Origin: Burkholderiales bacterium
GTDB taxonomy: Bacteria; Pseudomonadota; Gammaproteobacteria; Burkholderiales; SG8-41
DNA: 64,000 nucleotides
Reading direction: 5' to 3'
Assembly (NCBI GenBank): GCA_041629335.1
Contig: JBFKNN010000001.1
Location: 30,808 to 94,807 of the forward strand
The notes under the pieces were generated by a model, which was not told where the DNA came from, searched no databases, and saw only the letters and a program-made list of their open reading frames with translations. Every line of letters begins with the position of its first letter. Position 1 is the stretch's first letter. Position numbers and translations under genes: made by a program. Of this stretch, positions 33,846 through 43,715 are shown one piece after another.

Positions 33846-35291
33846 ATGGGCAAGATCACTGGTTTTATCGAATTCGGGCGGGTCAGCGAGGCCTACGAGG
33901 CGCCGCAGGACCGCATCAAGCACTGGCACGAATTCATTCCGGCCCTTAACGACGAGCAGGCTGCCGTGCAGGGCGCGCGCTGCATGGATTGCGGCGTCCC
34001 GTTCTGCATGAACGGCTGCCCGGTCAACAACATCATTCCTGACTGGAACGACCTCGTGTACCAGCAGGACTGGGAACAGGCGCTCGCGTCCCTTCACTCG
34101 ACCAACAACTTTCCCGAATTCACCGGCCGGATCTGTCCGGCGCCATGCGAGGAAGCTTGCACGCTGCGGATCATCGGCGACCCGGTTGGCATCAAGTCGA
34201 TCGAGCACGCGATCATCGACAAGGGCTGGGAAATGGGCTGGGTCAAGCCGCAGCCGCCGGCGCGCAAGACCGGCAAGCGGGTGGCGGTGATCGGCTCCGG
34301 TCCGGGCGGTCTTGCCTGCGCCCAGCAACTCGCCCGCGCTGGCCACGCAGTCGTGGTGTTCGAGAAGAACGACCGTATCGGCGGGTTGCTGCGCTACGGC
34401 ATACCGGACTTCAAGATGGAGAAATGGCTCATCGACCGCCGGCTCGACCAGATGCGCGCCGAAGGCGTGGAGTTTCGTGTCAACCACTGCGTCGGCCCGG
34501 CGCCGGTTGGCGCCGGCAACCCGCATGCGCGGCCGGTGACGCCGAAGAAAGTCCTGGCCGAATTCGACGCCGTGGTGCTGGCGGGTGGCGCCGAGCAACC
34601 CCGCGACCTGCCGATTCCGGGGCGCGAGCTCGACGGGATTCACTTTGCAATGGATTACCTCGTGCTGCAGAACCGGCGCGTGGCCGGCGACAAGAACGTG
34701 AAGGACCTGTGGGCGACCGACAAGCATGTCATCGTGATTGGCGGCGGCGACACCGGCTCCGACTGCGTCGGCACTTCCAACCGCCACCAGGCCAAGTCCA
34801 TCACCCAGCTCGAGCTCTTGCCGATGCCGCCGGATCCGGAGCGCAATCCCGTGTGGCCGTACTGGCCGTCGCGGCTGCGCACCTCGTCCTCGCATGAGGA
34901 AGGCGTCAACCGGGACTGGTCGGTGACGACCAAGGAGTTCATCGGCGAGGGCGGAAAGCTCAAGGCGATCCGGGTGGTCCGCCTGGGGGGCATGAAAGAG
35001 GTCCCGGACTCGGAGTTCATCTTGCCCGCCGACCTAGTGCTGCTCGCGATGGGCTTCGTGTCGCCGGTGCAGTCGATGCTCGATGCCTTCAATGTCGAGA
35101 AGAGCGAGCGCGGCAATGCCAAGGCGGTGACCGACGGTCCGGGGAGTTATCTCACCTCTGCACCCAAGGTTTTCGCCGCGGGCGATGTGCGTCGCGGCCA
35201 GTCGCTTGTAGTATGGGCGATCCGCGAGGGCCGGCAATGCGCGCGCGCTGTGGACGAATTCCTGATGGGGTCTTCGGAGCTGCCGCGCTGA
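33846..35291 (+). CDS. gltD: Glutamate synthase (NADPH) small subunit
   Basis: 481 aa; Fe-S motif [23 protein letters not shown] dinucleotide fold. Confidence 0.95.
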   Translation: MGKITGFIEFGRVSEAYEAPQDRIKHWHEFIPALNDEQAAVQGARCMDCGVPFCMNGCPVNNIIPDWNDLVYQQDWEQALASLHSTNNFPEFTGRICPAPCEEACTLRIIGDPVGIKSIEHAIIDKGWEMGWVKPQPPARKTGKRVAVIGSGPGGLACAQQLARAGHAVVVFEKNDRIGGLLRYGIPDFKMEKWLIDRRLDQMRAEGVEFRVNHCVGPAPVGAGNPHARPVTPKKVLAEFDAVVLAGGAEQPRDLPIPGRELDGIHFAMDYLVLQNRRVAGDKNVKDLWATDKHVIVIGGGDTGSDCVGTSNRHQAKSITQLELLPMPPDPERNPVWPYWPSRLRTSSSHEEGVNRDWSVTTKEFIGEGGKLKAIRVVRLGGMKEVPDSEFILPADLVLLAMGFVSPVQSMLDAFNVEKSERGNAKAVTDGPGSYLTSAPKVFAAGDVRRGQSLVVWAIREGRQCARAVDEFLMGSSELPR

Positions 35292-35378
35292 CCTGCGTAA
35301 GGAGTAAGGGGTGAGACATCGCGGGCGACACCGGGTCTCGGACGGATGCAGTTCGGCCCTGCACCTCACGCCTTGCCC

Positions 35379-36461
35379 ATGCTGAAGAACGACACGCTGA
35401 TCCGCGCGCTGCTGCGCCAGCCCACGCCGTACACGCCGGTGTGGATCATGCGGCAGGCGGGGCGCTATCTGCCCGAGTACAACGAGACTCGCTCTCGCGC
35501 TGGCGATTTTCTCGCATTGTGCAAGAGCCCGGACCTCGCGACCGAAGTCACCCTCCAGCCGCTGGCGCGCTTTGCGCTCGACGCCGCGATACTGTTCTCC
35601 GACATCCTGACGATACCCGACGCCATGGGACTCGGGCTCTACTTCGCCGAAGGCGAGGGCCCTAGGTTCGAGCGTCCGGTGCGAGACGAGACCGCCATTC
35701 GCGCGCTCGCCGTGCCCGATCCCGGCGGCAGCCTGCGCTACGTGGTCGACGCCGTCGCGCAGATCCGGCGCGCGCTTGACGGGCGCGTGCCATTGATCGG
35801 TTTTTCGGGCAGCCCCTTCACGCTTGCCTGCTATATGGTAGAGGGCGGGGCCAGCGCTGACTTCCGCACCATCAAGACCATGCTCTACGCGCGCCCCGAG
35901 CTGTTGCACCGGCTGCTGGATGTCAATGCCCGCGCGGTGGGCGCTTACCTGAACGCGCAGATCGAGGCGGGCGCGCAGGCTGTGATGCTGTTCGACACCT
36001 GGGGCGGCGCGCTGGCGGACGCTGCCTACCGGGAATTTTCTCTCGCATATATGCAGCGCGTGCTCGACGGGCTCAAGCGCGAACATGAGGGCGCGGTTGT
36101 GCCGCGCATCGTCTTTACCAAAGGCGGCGGACCGTGGCTTGAGGCGATCGCCGGCATCGGCTGCGACGCCGTCGGCCTCGACTGGACCGTCGATCTCGGC
36201 GCAGCGCGTGCGCGCATCGGCTCGCGCGTCGCGCTGCAGGGCAATCTCGATCCGGCGGTGCTGTTCGCGCCACCCGAGGTCATCCGGCGCGAGGCCGGGC
36301 GCACGCTCGCCGCGTTCGGCCGCGGCAGCGGCCATGTTTTCAATCTCGGTCACGGCGTCTCGCAGTTCACGCCGCCGGAGCACGTCGCGGCGCTGGTCGA
36401 TGCGGTGCATGAACTGAGCCCGGCGCAGCACCAGACGCTGCCCGAAAACCCGCGCCAGTAG
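35379..36461 (+). CDS. hemE: Uroporphyrinogen decarboxylase
   Basis: ORF 35346..36461 trimmed to ATG 35379 ([34 protein letters not shown]). Confidence 0.95.
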   Translation: MLKNDTLIRALLRQPTPYTPVWIMRQAGRYLPEYNETRSRAGDFLALCKSPDLATEVTLQPLARFALDAAILFSDILTIPDAMGLGLYFAEGEGPRFERPVRDETAIRALAVPDPGGSLRYVVDAVAQIRRALDGRVPLIGFSGSPFTLACYMVEGGASADFRTIKTMLYARPELLHRLLDVNARAVGAYLNAQIEAGAQAVMLFDTWGGALADAAYREFSLAYMQRVLDGLKREHEGAVVPRIVFTKGGGPWLEAIAGIGCDAVGLDWTVDLGAARARIGSRVALQGNLDPAVLFAPPEVIRREAGRTLAAFGRGSGHVFNLGHGVSQFTPPEHVAALVDAVHELSPAQHQTLPENPRQ

Positions 36462-36488
36462 CGGCTTTCCGGGCCTGCCGGCCGTCAC

Positions 36489-36497
36489 TTATGCACA
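36489..36497 (+). promoter_or_regulatory. DnaA box, exact match to TTATNCACA (TTATGCACA)
   Basis: Read directly from the sequence; intergenic hemE-priA. Confidence 0.6.
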
Positions 36498-36548
36498 ATG
36501 ACGGCGCGCGAGGCGGCCGGGCGGCACGCACCGACACCATTCCGGGGC

Positions 36549-36585
36549 CATGATGTAACACCATGTTTTGTAAGTGTTTTATTTG
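36549..36585. other. AT-rich tract with TGTTTTG/TGTTTTA direct repeats 11 bp apart
   Basis: catgatgtaacaccatgttttgtaagtgttttatttg; repeats at 36564-36570 and 36575-36581. Conspicuously AT-rich against the GC-rich background. Confidence 0.5.
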
Positions 36586-36664
36586 CGCGTGCGCAGGGCC
36601 CGTCGAGACCGGCAGGAGTGATACAGTGAGCACCCGCTACGCCGGATCCCGATCATCAACAGCT

Positions 36665-36673
36665 TTATCCACA
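36665..36673 (+). promoter_or_regulatory. DnaA box, perfect E. coli R-box sequence TTATCCACA
   Basis: Read directly; 112 bp upstream of the priA ATG. Confidence 0.65.
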
Positions 36674-36679
36674 GACCAC

Positions 36680-36688
36680 TGTGAATAA
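36680..36688 (-). promoter_or_regulatory. DnaA box, exact match to TTATNCACA on the minus strand (TGTGAATAA on +)
   Basis: Faces the 36665 box across 6 bp, giving the 24-bp near-palindrome TTATCCACAgaccacTGTGAATAA. Confidence 0.6.
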
Positions 36689-36784
36689 GAAAAAATGTCC
36701 CTATTGCTAAGCCCCTTAAGGTGATTTTTCAGAATCGGCGTGAGCACAGCGCTGTAACTTTCGCCGCCACACTCTGAGCATGCG

Positions 36785-38962
36785 ATGAAAATCGTGCGCG
36801 TCGGGCTCGATGTGCCCGTGGATACGCTGTTCGACTACCGCGCCGATGATGCCACCGGCGCCGATCTCGGGCGCCGCGTGCTGGTCCCGTTCGGCCGCAG
36901 GACTGCTGTCGGCGTCGTGCTCGAGCTCGCGCAGCACAGTGAGGTGCCCGTCGCGCAACTCAAGCCGGTGGTGCGCATCGTGCGTGACGAGCCGGCGCTC
37001 GACGCGGCGGACCTGCGCCTGCTCGGCTTCGCCGCGGCCTACTACCATCATCCGCTCGGCGCGGTGGTAATGAACACGCTGCCGCAGCGGCTGCGCCGCG
37101 TCAAGCCAACTCGGGCCGCGCCGCCCCGTGCCTTCGCCCTGACCGCCGCGGGCGCGCACGCCGAGGCAGACGACTTGCCCGTGCGCGCGCTGGTTCAGCG
37201 GCGGCTGCTCGCGCTGTTCAAAGCCCAGGAGATTCTCGATCCAGCGGCGATACGGGCGGCCGGCGCAACAGCATCCAGGGCGCTGCAGCAGCTGGTGGCG
37301 CGCGGCTGGGTGGAAGCGCGCGCCGCACCCGTACCGCCGCGGCAGACCGGAGTTGTCGCCGCTCCACCACTGACAGCGGAACAGGGCGCCGCGGTGCAGG
37401 CGGTTACCGCGGCGCTCGGCAACTTCCAGGCGTTTCTGCTGCGCGGCATTACCGGCAGCGGCAAGACCGAGGTCTACTTGCATGCGATCGGGGCGGTGCT
37501 CGACGCCGGCCACCAGGCCTTGCTGCTGGTGCCGGAGATCGCGCTGACGCCTCAGCTCGAGAACGTCGTGCGCGCCCGGTTCCCGTCGGCTCACCTGGTC
37601 AGCCTGCACAGCGGGCTCGGCGAAAGCGACCGCTTCGAGCACTGGCGCGCGGCGCAGTCGGGCACGGCCGATATCGTGCTCGGCACGCGGCTCGCCGCCT
37701 TCGCGCCGCTGCCGCGGCTCGGATTGATCATCGTGGACGAGGAGCAGGACGCCTCGTTCAAGCAGATGGACGGGCTGCGCTACTCGGCGCGGGACCTGGC
37801 GGTGGTACGCGCCCAGCAGCGCCGGATCCCGGTCGTGCTCGGCTCGGCCACGCCCGCCCTCGAGACCCATTACAATGCGGTCGCCGGACGCTACCGGCTG
37901 CTCGAGCTGACGCAGCGCATCCATGCCGCCCCGCCATCGATCGCCTGCATCGACACCCGCGGTGAGCGCCTGGCCGACGGCCTGTCCGGCGCGCTGCTCG
38001 AGGCGGTCGGCACGCGCCTCGCACGCAACGAGCAGAGCCTGCTGTTCATCAACCGGCGCGGTTACGCCCCGGTGCTGATGTGTCACGCATGCGGCTGGCT
38101 CTCCGGTTGCCCCCGGTGCACTGCGAAGCTGGTGCTCCACCTGCAGGACCGCCAGTTGCGCTGCCACCATTGCGGACACTGCGCGGCGATACCCGTCTCG
38201 TGCCCCGATTGCGGCAACCCGGACCTGGCTCCTTTGGGGCAGGGCACGCAACGGGTCGAAGCAGCGCTGGCGGCCCGCTTTCCGCAGGCGCGCATCGTGC
38301 GCATCGACCGCGACAGCACGCGGCGGCGCTTTGCCTGGCAGACGGTGCGCGAGCGCATCCAGGCGCGGGAAGTCGACATCCTCGTCGGCACGCAGATGCT
38401 CGCCAAGGGTCACGATTTTCCGCATCTCAACCTGGTCGGCGTATTGAACGCCGACAGCCTGCTCTACAGCACCGACTTCCGGGCGCCCGAGCGGCTGTTC
38501 GCGCTGTTGATGCAGGTCGCAGGCCGCGCAGGCCGCGGTGCCGACCGCGGCGAGGTGCTGATTCAAACCGAATTCCCGCAGCATCCGCTATACGCCGCGG
38601 TGCGCGGCCAGGATTACAGCGCGATGGCCGAAACGCTGCTCGCCGAGCGCAGTGCCGCGGGCTTTCCGCCATTCGTGCATCAGGCGCTGCTGCGCGCAGA
38701 GGCGCCGAGCGCTGCCAGCGCGCTCGACTTCCTGGCCCACGCGGCGCAGATTGGCCGGCAGCTGCCGCAGGCAGTCACCATCTACGACCCGGTGCCGGCC
38801 GCCCTGGTGCGCCGCGCGGGCCTCGAGCGCGCGCAACTGCTCGTTCAGTCGGACAATCGTGCACTGCTGCAGCAATTTCTCGGCGCATGGTACGCCCGGC
38901 TTGCCACTACGCGCACGCGCCGAACGCGCTGGTCGCTCGACGTCGACCCGCTCGAGTTCTGA
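36785..38962 (+). CDS. priA: Primosomal replication-restart helicase PriA (protein N')
   Basis: 725 aa. Walker A GITGSGKTEVY, DEEQD, Cys-rich Zn region CHACGW..CPRC...CHHCGH...CPDCG. Confidence 0.95.
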   Translation: MKIVRVGLDVPVDTLFDYRADDATGADLGRRVLVPFGRRTAVGVVLELAQHSEVPVAQLKPVVRIVRDEPALDAADLRLLGFAAAYYHHPLGAVVMNTLPQRLRRVKPTRAAPPRAFALTAAGAHAEADDLPVRALVQRRLLALFKAQEILDPAAIRAAGATASRALQQLVARGWVEARAAPVPPRQTGVVAAPPLTAEQGAAVQAVTAALGNFQAFLLRGITGSGKTEVYLHAIGAVLDAGHQALLLVPEIALTPQLENVVRARFPSAHLVSLHSGLGESDRFEHWRAAQSGTADIVLGTRLAAFAPLPRLGLIIVDEEQDASFKQMDGLRYSARDLAVVRAQQRRIPVVLGSATPALETHYNAVAGRYRLLELTQRIHAAPPSIACIDTRGERLADGLSGALLEAVGTRLARNEQSLLFINRRGYAPVLMCHACGWLSGCPRCTAKLVLHLQDRQLRCHHCGHCAAIPVSCPDCGNPDLAPLGQGTQRVEAALAARFPQARIVRIDRDSTRRRFAWQTVRERIQAREVDILVGTQMLAKGHDFPHLNLVGVLNADSLLYSTDFRAPERLFALLMQVAGRAGRGADRGEVLIQTEFPQHPLYAAVRGQDYSAMAETLLAERSAAGFPPFVHQALLRAEAPSAASALDFLAHAAQIGRQLPQAVTIYDPVPAALVRRAGLERAQLLVQSDNRALLQQFLGAWYARLATTRTRRTRWSLDVDPLEF

Positions 38963-39002
38963 CCTCGGCTATAATACGGCGCTCTTTTCAAGCCACCCGC
39001 GG

Positions 39003-40748
39003 ATGAAGTCTCCCGAGTATCCTGATCTTCGCGCCCATTTCGCCACCTTGTTTGAGGCAGCGCTGGATACCGTGGCGCCGGAGCAGCGCGATGCGCACAT
39101 TGTCCTGGACAAGCCCAAACAGGCGCAGCACGGTGACTTTGCCTGCAACATCGCGCTGCAGCTCGCAAAGGCTCTGCGCGCCAAGCCGCGCGAGGTCGCC
39201 GGGCGCCTGGTTGCGGCGCTGCCGCCGTCACCGTACCTGGAGAAAGCCGAGGTCGCCGGCGCCGGGTTCATCAATCTGTTTCTCAAGCGTTCGGTCAAGC
39301 AGCGCTTCGTCAACCAGATCCTCTGGCTCGGCCACGAGTACGGCAGGAACAGCCTTGGCCAAAAGAAGAAAGTGCAGGTGGAATTCGTGTCGGCGAATCC
39401 GACCGGGCCGCTGCACGTCGGTCATGGCCGTGGCGCCGCCTTCGGCGCGAGCCTTGCCAACGTGCTGGACGCGGCGGGTTTCGATGTCGCGCGCGAGTAC
39501 TATGTAAACGACGCAGGGCGTCAGATGGATATCCTGGCGCTGTCGACCTGGCTGCGCTATCTGGAAATCGCCGGCGAGAACGTGTCGTTTCCGCCCAACG
39601 CCTATCAAGGTTCATATGTGCGCGACATCGCGCGCGCGGTCCACGCGGCCCATGGCACGCGCTACGTGCGCCCGGCCGCAGCCATCGCGGCCGGTGTGCC
39701 CGACGTCGCCACGGACGCGGAGGTGCATCTCGATGGGCTTATCGCGAACGCCAAGCGGCTGCTTGGCGCGGACTATCAGGTGCTTCACGCGCATGCACTC
39801 GACGACCAGCTCGCCGACTGCCGCAGCGATCTCACCGAATTCGGGGTCGTCTTCGATAACTGGTTCTCTGAACGCTCGCTGTTCGACTCCGGCTTCGTCG
39901 AGCGCGCCGTATCCGCACTCGAGCAAGCCGGGCATGTCTACACCGGGGACGGGGCCAGGTGGTTTCGCTCGACTGTTTTCGGCGACGAGAAGGATCGGGT
40001 GGTGCAGCGCGAAAACGGTCAGTACACCTACTTCGCCTCCGACATCGCCTACCACCTGAACAAGTTTGAGCGCAATTTCGATCTGGTGATCGACGTGTGG
40101 GGCGCGGATCACCATGGCTACATTCCGCGCGTGAAGGGGGCGCTGGAGGCCCTGGGGCTGAACCCGAGCCGGCTTAACGTGGCGCTGGTGCAGTTCGCGG
40201 TGCTGTACCGCAACGGGCAGAAGGTGTCGATGTCGACCCGCGCCGGGGAGTTCGTCACGCTGCGCGAGTTGCGGCAGGAAGTCGGCAACGACGCGGCCCG
40301 TTTCTTCTACGTCTCGCGCAAGAGCGACCAGCATCTCGACTTCGATCTGGATCTCGCCAAGTCGCAGAGCAACGAGAACCCGGTCTATTACATCCAGTAC
40401 GCGCACGCCCGCGTCTGCAGCGTGCACGAGCAGTGGGGCGGCGCCGCGGAAACCCTGCGCGACGCCGATACGACGCTTCTCGCGAGCGGGTACGAGCTCG
40501 CGCTGCTCGAGCGACTGCTGCAATATCCGGACGTCGTCGAAGCGGCGGCGCGCGATCTTGCCCCCCATCTGGTCGCCTTCTATCTGAAGGATCTTGCCGG
40601 CGACTTTCACAGCTTTTACAACGCAGCGCGCATCCTGGTCGACGACGAGCCCGTCAAGCGCGCGCGGCTCGCGCTCGCCACCGCGGTGCGGCAGGTTTTG
40701 CGCAACGGGCTCGTGCTGCTGGGTGTCTCTGCTCCGGAAAAAATGTAA
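39003..40748 (+). CDS. argS: Arginine--tRNA ligase
   Basis: ORF 38652..40748 trimmed to ATG 39003 (MKSPEYPDLRAHF...). HIGH motif SANPTGPLHVGHGR, MSTR (KMSK-like). Confidence 0.95.
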   Translation: MKSPEYPDLRAHFATLFEAALDTVAPEQRDAHIVLDKPKQAQHGDFACNIALQLAKALRAKPREVAGRLVAALPPSPYLEKAEVAGAGFINLFLKRSVKQRFVNQILWLGHEYGRNSLGQKKKVQVEFVSANPTGPLHVGHGRGAAFGASLANVLDAAGFDVAREYYVNDAGRQMDILALSTWLRYLEIAGENVSFPPNAYQGSYVRDIARAVHAAHGTRYVRPAAAIAAGVPDVATDAEVHLDGLIANAKRLLGADYQVLHAHALDDQLADCRSDLTEFGVVFDNWFSERSLFDSGFVERAVSALEQAGHVYTGDGARWFRSTVFGDEKDRVVQRENGQYTYFASDIAYHLNKFERNFDLVIDVWGADHHGYIPRVKGALEALGLNPSRLNVALVQFAVLYRNGQKVSMSTRAGEFVTLRELRQEVGNDAARFFYVSRKSDQHLDFDLDLAKSQSNENPVYYIQYAHARVCSVHEQWGGAAETLRDADTTLLASGYELALLERLLQYPDVVEAAARDLAPHLVAFYLKDLAGDFHSFYNAARILVDDEPVKRARLALATAVRQVLRNGLVLLGVSAPEKM

Positions 40749-40757
40749 GATACCGGC

Positions 40758-41354
40758 GTGAGCAAAGACTACAAAAGGGCCGAGCGCAAGAGCGGCGGCC
40801 GGAGCACCGGCGGGTCGTTCCTGCTCGGCATGCTGGTCGGCCTGATTCTCGGTCTGGGTATCGCGCTCGGCGTCGCGTGGTACATCAACAAGATGCCGAG
40901 CCCGTTCTTGAACCGCGCGGCGCCCGCAAAGACCGAGCCCGTGAAGCCGCTGCCGCCGACGGCGGCGATGCGCGAGGAACAAGCGGCCAAGGCGCCGGCC
41001 ACCAAGCCGCGCTTCGATTTCTACAAGATTCTCCCGGGCACCGAGGAACCGGCGACTGACCAGCAGTTGAAGGATGCCCAGCAGTCGTCCACCGCAGCAG
41101 CGAAGGAAGCGTTCTTTCTGCAGGCTGGCGCATTCCAGAGCGCACCCGATGCCGACAATCTCAAAGCGCGCCTCGCGCTGCTCGGCGTGGAGGCGACGGT
41201 TCAAACCACGACTCTGCCCGACCGGGGCACCTGGCACCGCGTGCGCATCGGCCCCTACACCAGCGTGGAGGCGCTCGCCCGCACGCGCGACACGCTCAAG
41301 CAAAATGGAGTCGAGACCACGCTCATCAAAGTGCGCGACACTGCGGGGCCCTGA
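40758..41354 (+). CDS. SPOR-domain membrane protein (FtsN/DedD-like septal peptidoglycan binder)
   Basis: GTG start; single TM helix (FLLGMLVGLILGLGIALGVAWYI). C-terminal SPOR-like FFLQAGAFQSAPDADNLKARLALLGVEATV...WHRVRIGPY. argS-SPOR synteny. Confidence 0.8.
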   Translation: MSKDYKRAERKSGGRSTGGSFLLGMLVGLILGLGIALGVAWYINKMPSPFLNRAAPAKTEPVKPLPPTAAMREEQAAKAPATKPRFDFYKILPGTEEPATDQQLKDAQQSSTAAAKEAFFLQAGAFQSAPDADNLKARLALLGVEATVQTTTLPDRGTWHRVRIGPYTSVEALARTRDTLKQNGVETTLIKVRDTAGP

Positions 41355-41393
41355 CGCGCGCATCCACCCCTGGGAGTTTACGAGGAAGGTTAC

Positions 41394-42068
41394 ATGCCAA
41401 TGTCGAGACTTTTCGGTTTCCTGGCCGCAGCGGCGGCATTCATGCTTGCCGCCGCTGGCGCACCGGCACAGACGCCGGGCACGGACTATCTTCTCGTCAA
41501 GCCGCCGCAGCCCACGGCAAGCGGGCAGAAGATCGAAGTGCTCGAGTTCTTCTGGTACGGCTGCCCTCACTGCAACACGCTGCAGCCGCCGCTCGAGGCC
41601 TGGCTCCGGAAGAAGCCCGCGGATGTCGAGTTCAAGCGTGTGCCAGCCGCATTCAGCGAATCTTGGCTGCAGCTGGCACGCACCTACTACGCGCTCGATG
41701 CGATGAACCTGGTCGACAAGCTGCATCACGAGGTGTTCGCCGCAATCCATGAGACGCGTGCGCTCGACCCGAAGGTGCTGGCGCGCGATCCCAAGTCGCT
41801 GTTCGACTGGGTCGCGGGCAAGGGCGTGAATCGGCAAACGTTCATCGATACCTACAATTCATTCGCGGTGAACGGCCGCACCCAGCGCACGCTCGAGCTG
41901 ACGCGCAAGTACGACATTCCGGGCACACCGGCGATCGTCGTCGATGGCCGCTACCTGACGGCGCCGTCGATGATCCTCACGTCGGCCAAGACGATCGATT
42001 ACCCGCGCTACTTCCAAGTGCTCGACGAGGTGATCGCGCTCGCGCGCAAAAACCGCGTGGGGAAGTAG
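41394..42068 (+). CDS. dsbA: Thiol:disulfide interchange protein DsbA (CPHC active site)
   Basis: Signal peptide, FFWYGCPHCN thioredoxin-fold motif, GTPAIVVDGRY cis-Pro region. Confidence 0.85.
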   Translation: MPMSRLFGFLAAAAAFMLAAAGAPAQTPGTDYLLVKPPQPTASGQKIEVLEFFWYGCPHCNTLQPPLEAWLRKKPADVEFKRVPAAFSESWLQLARTYYALDAMNLVDKLHHEVFAAIHETRALDPKVLARDPKSLFDWVAGKGVNRQTFIDTYNSFAVNGRTQRTLELTRKYDIPGTPAIVVDGRYLTAPSMILTSAKTIDYPRYFQVLDEVIALARKNRVGK

Positions 42069-42071
42069 ACC

Positions 42072-42740
42072 ATGCCCGCCCGTACCGCGCTGCCTCTCCT
42101 CGGTCTCGCCGCCTCCCTTGCACTGGCGATCGGTTTCACCGCCCCGGCCGCGGCGCAACAGCCGCCACCCCTGCGGGTGGACCTCGAGTACCGTCTGATC
42201 CCGCCGCAACCCGTCGAAACGGGAGACAAGATAGAAGTCATCGACTTCTTCTGGTACGGCTGCCCGTACTGCAACGAACTGCATCCCGCGCTGGACGCGT
42301 GGAACGCGCGCAGGCCGGCGGACGTCGCGCTGCGCCGCATCCCGGCGATACTCCGCGACTCATGGGCGCCGCACGCGCGCATCTTCTACACGCTGGAGGC
42401 GTTGGGCGAGGCCGAGCGCCTGCACGGGCAGGTCTACCACAGCTACCACGTCGAAAAGCTGCACATGGGCCGGCCTGACGTCATGGAACAATGGGCCGTG
42501 CGCCACGGCATCGACCGAGAGAAATGGGCCACGGCCTACACGGCTGCCGAGACCGACCGGAAGGTCGAGCAGGCCAAGGCGGCCGCCCGCCGTTACATGA
42601 TCCACGGCACGCCCTCGGTTGTCGTCGACGGGCGCTTTCTCACATCGAGCGCGATGGCCGAAACGGTGCCCGGCGTGGTGACGATCGTCGAGCAGCTGAT
42701 TTCCCTCGCCCGCGGCGAGCGAGCGCGAAACACAAAATAG
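42072..42740 (+). CDS. DsbA-family paralogue (CPYC active site)
   Basis: Signal peptide, FFWYGCPYCN, HGTPSVVVDGRF. Begins 3 nt after the dsbA stop. Confidence 0.8.
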   Translation: MPARTALPLLGLAASLALAIGFTAPAAAQQPPPLRVDLEYRLIPPQPVETGDKIEVIDFFWYGCPYCNELHPALDAWNARRPADVALRRIPAILRDSWAPHARIFYTLEALGEAERLHGQVYHSYHVEKLHMGRPDVMEQWAVRHGIDREKWATAYTAAETDRKVEQAKAAARRYMIHGTPSVVVDGRFLTSSAMAETVPGVVTIVEQLISLARGERARNTK

Positions 42741-42792
42741 ATCAACGGCTTATTCGCCGTGCCAAGGCAGGGGGCTGTGCCGCGCGACCCGC

Positions 42793-43593
42793 ATGACCGT
42801 CCCGATGCCGCCCCGTGACACACCGCGCGTCATTATCACCGGTGCCTCAAGCGGCATCGGCGCTGCGCTCGCGCGACGTTACGCGGCACAGGGCGCAATC
42901 CTCGGCTTGATCGCGCGCCGCGAGACAGCGCTTCAAGCGCTCGCCGCCGGGCTGGGTGGTGGCTGCGAAATCTATGCGCTCGACGTCCGCGACGAGGGAA
43001 GGCTTGCTGCCGCCGCGCGCGATTTCGTTTCCCGCCACGGCTGCCCCGACATCGTCTTCGCCAACGCCGGGGTTAGCCTTGGTACGCTGACCGAATATCC
43101 CGAAGACGTCCGCGCATTCCAGGAGGTGATAGACACCAACCTCGTCGGCCTGGTCAGGACTTTCCAGCCGTTCGTTGGACCGATGCGGGATGCGGGGAAG
43201 GGCGCGCTGGTCGGTATCGCCAGCGTCGCCGGCTACCGCGGTCTGCCGGGCGCGGCGGCCTATTCGGCATCCAAGGCCGCGGCGATCTCTTATCTGGAAA
43301 GCCTGCGGGTCGAGCTCCGCGCAAGCGGCGTCAAGGTCATCACCATCTGTCCCGGCTACATTGCGACACCGATGACGGAGAAAAATCCGTACCCCATGCC
43401 ATTTCTGATGAGCGCGGACGCAGCAGGGCAAAAAATCGCCGCCCTTGTCGCCCGCGGCCGGGCCTATGCCGTGATTCCGTGGCAGATGGCGCTGGTCGCG
43501 CGGGTGCTGCGCGTGCTGCCCAACTGGCTCTACGACCGGCTGTTCGGCAACGCGCCGCGCAAGCCCCGGCGCAGCGGACAGGATGAGACGTGA
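42793..43593 (+). CDS. Short-chain dehydrogenase/reductase family oxidoreductase
   Basis: TGASSGIGAALA cofactor motif and YSASKAA catalytic motif; substrate not inferable. Confidence 0.8.
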   Translation: MTVPMPPRDTPRVIITGASSGIGAALARRYAAQGAILGLIARRETALQALAAGLGGGCEIYALDVRDEGRLAAAARDFVSRHGCPDIVFANAGVSLGTLTEYPEDVRAFQEVIDTNLVGLVRTFQPFVGPMRDAGKGALVGIASVAGYRGLPGAAAYSASKAAAISYLESLRVELRASGVKVITICPGYIATPMTEKNPYPMPFLMSADAAGQKIAALVARGRAYAVIPWQMALVARVLRVLPNWLYDRLFGNAPRKPRRSGQDET

Positions 43594-43715
43594 TTCGACT
43601 GGATCCGTGCGGGTGCGATTGGTTGCGCACGCTGCGGTCGGTTCATTCTTTTCACTCTCCCCTGACGGGGCTCGGCTCACGCCTTAAGCGCGTCCAAGCA
43701 GTTCCCGCCTCAAGA

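Noticed and set aside
36462-36784. Calling the hemE-priA DnaA-box cluster the chromosomal origin outright.
   Set aside because: Gene polarity does not fit. Highly expressed atp, rpmH and par-gid genes would be head-on, and the genes to its left (gltBD, pil) would also be head-on. The canonical rpmH/dnaA edge with its own perfect box is 27 kb away. It is kept as a finding only, with function open.
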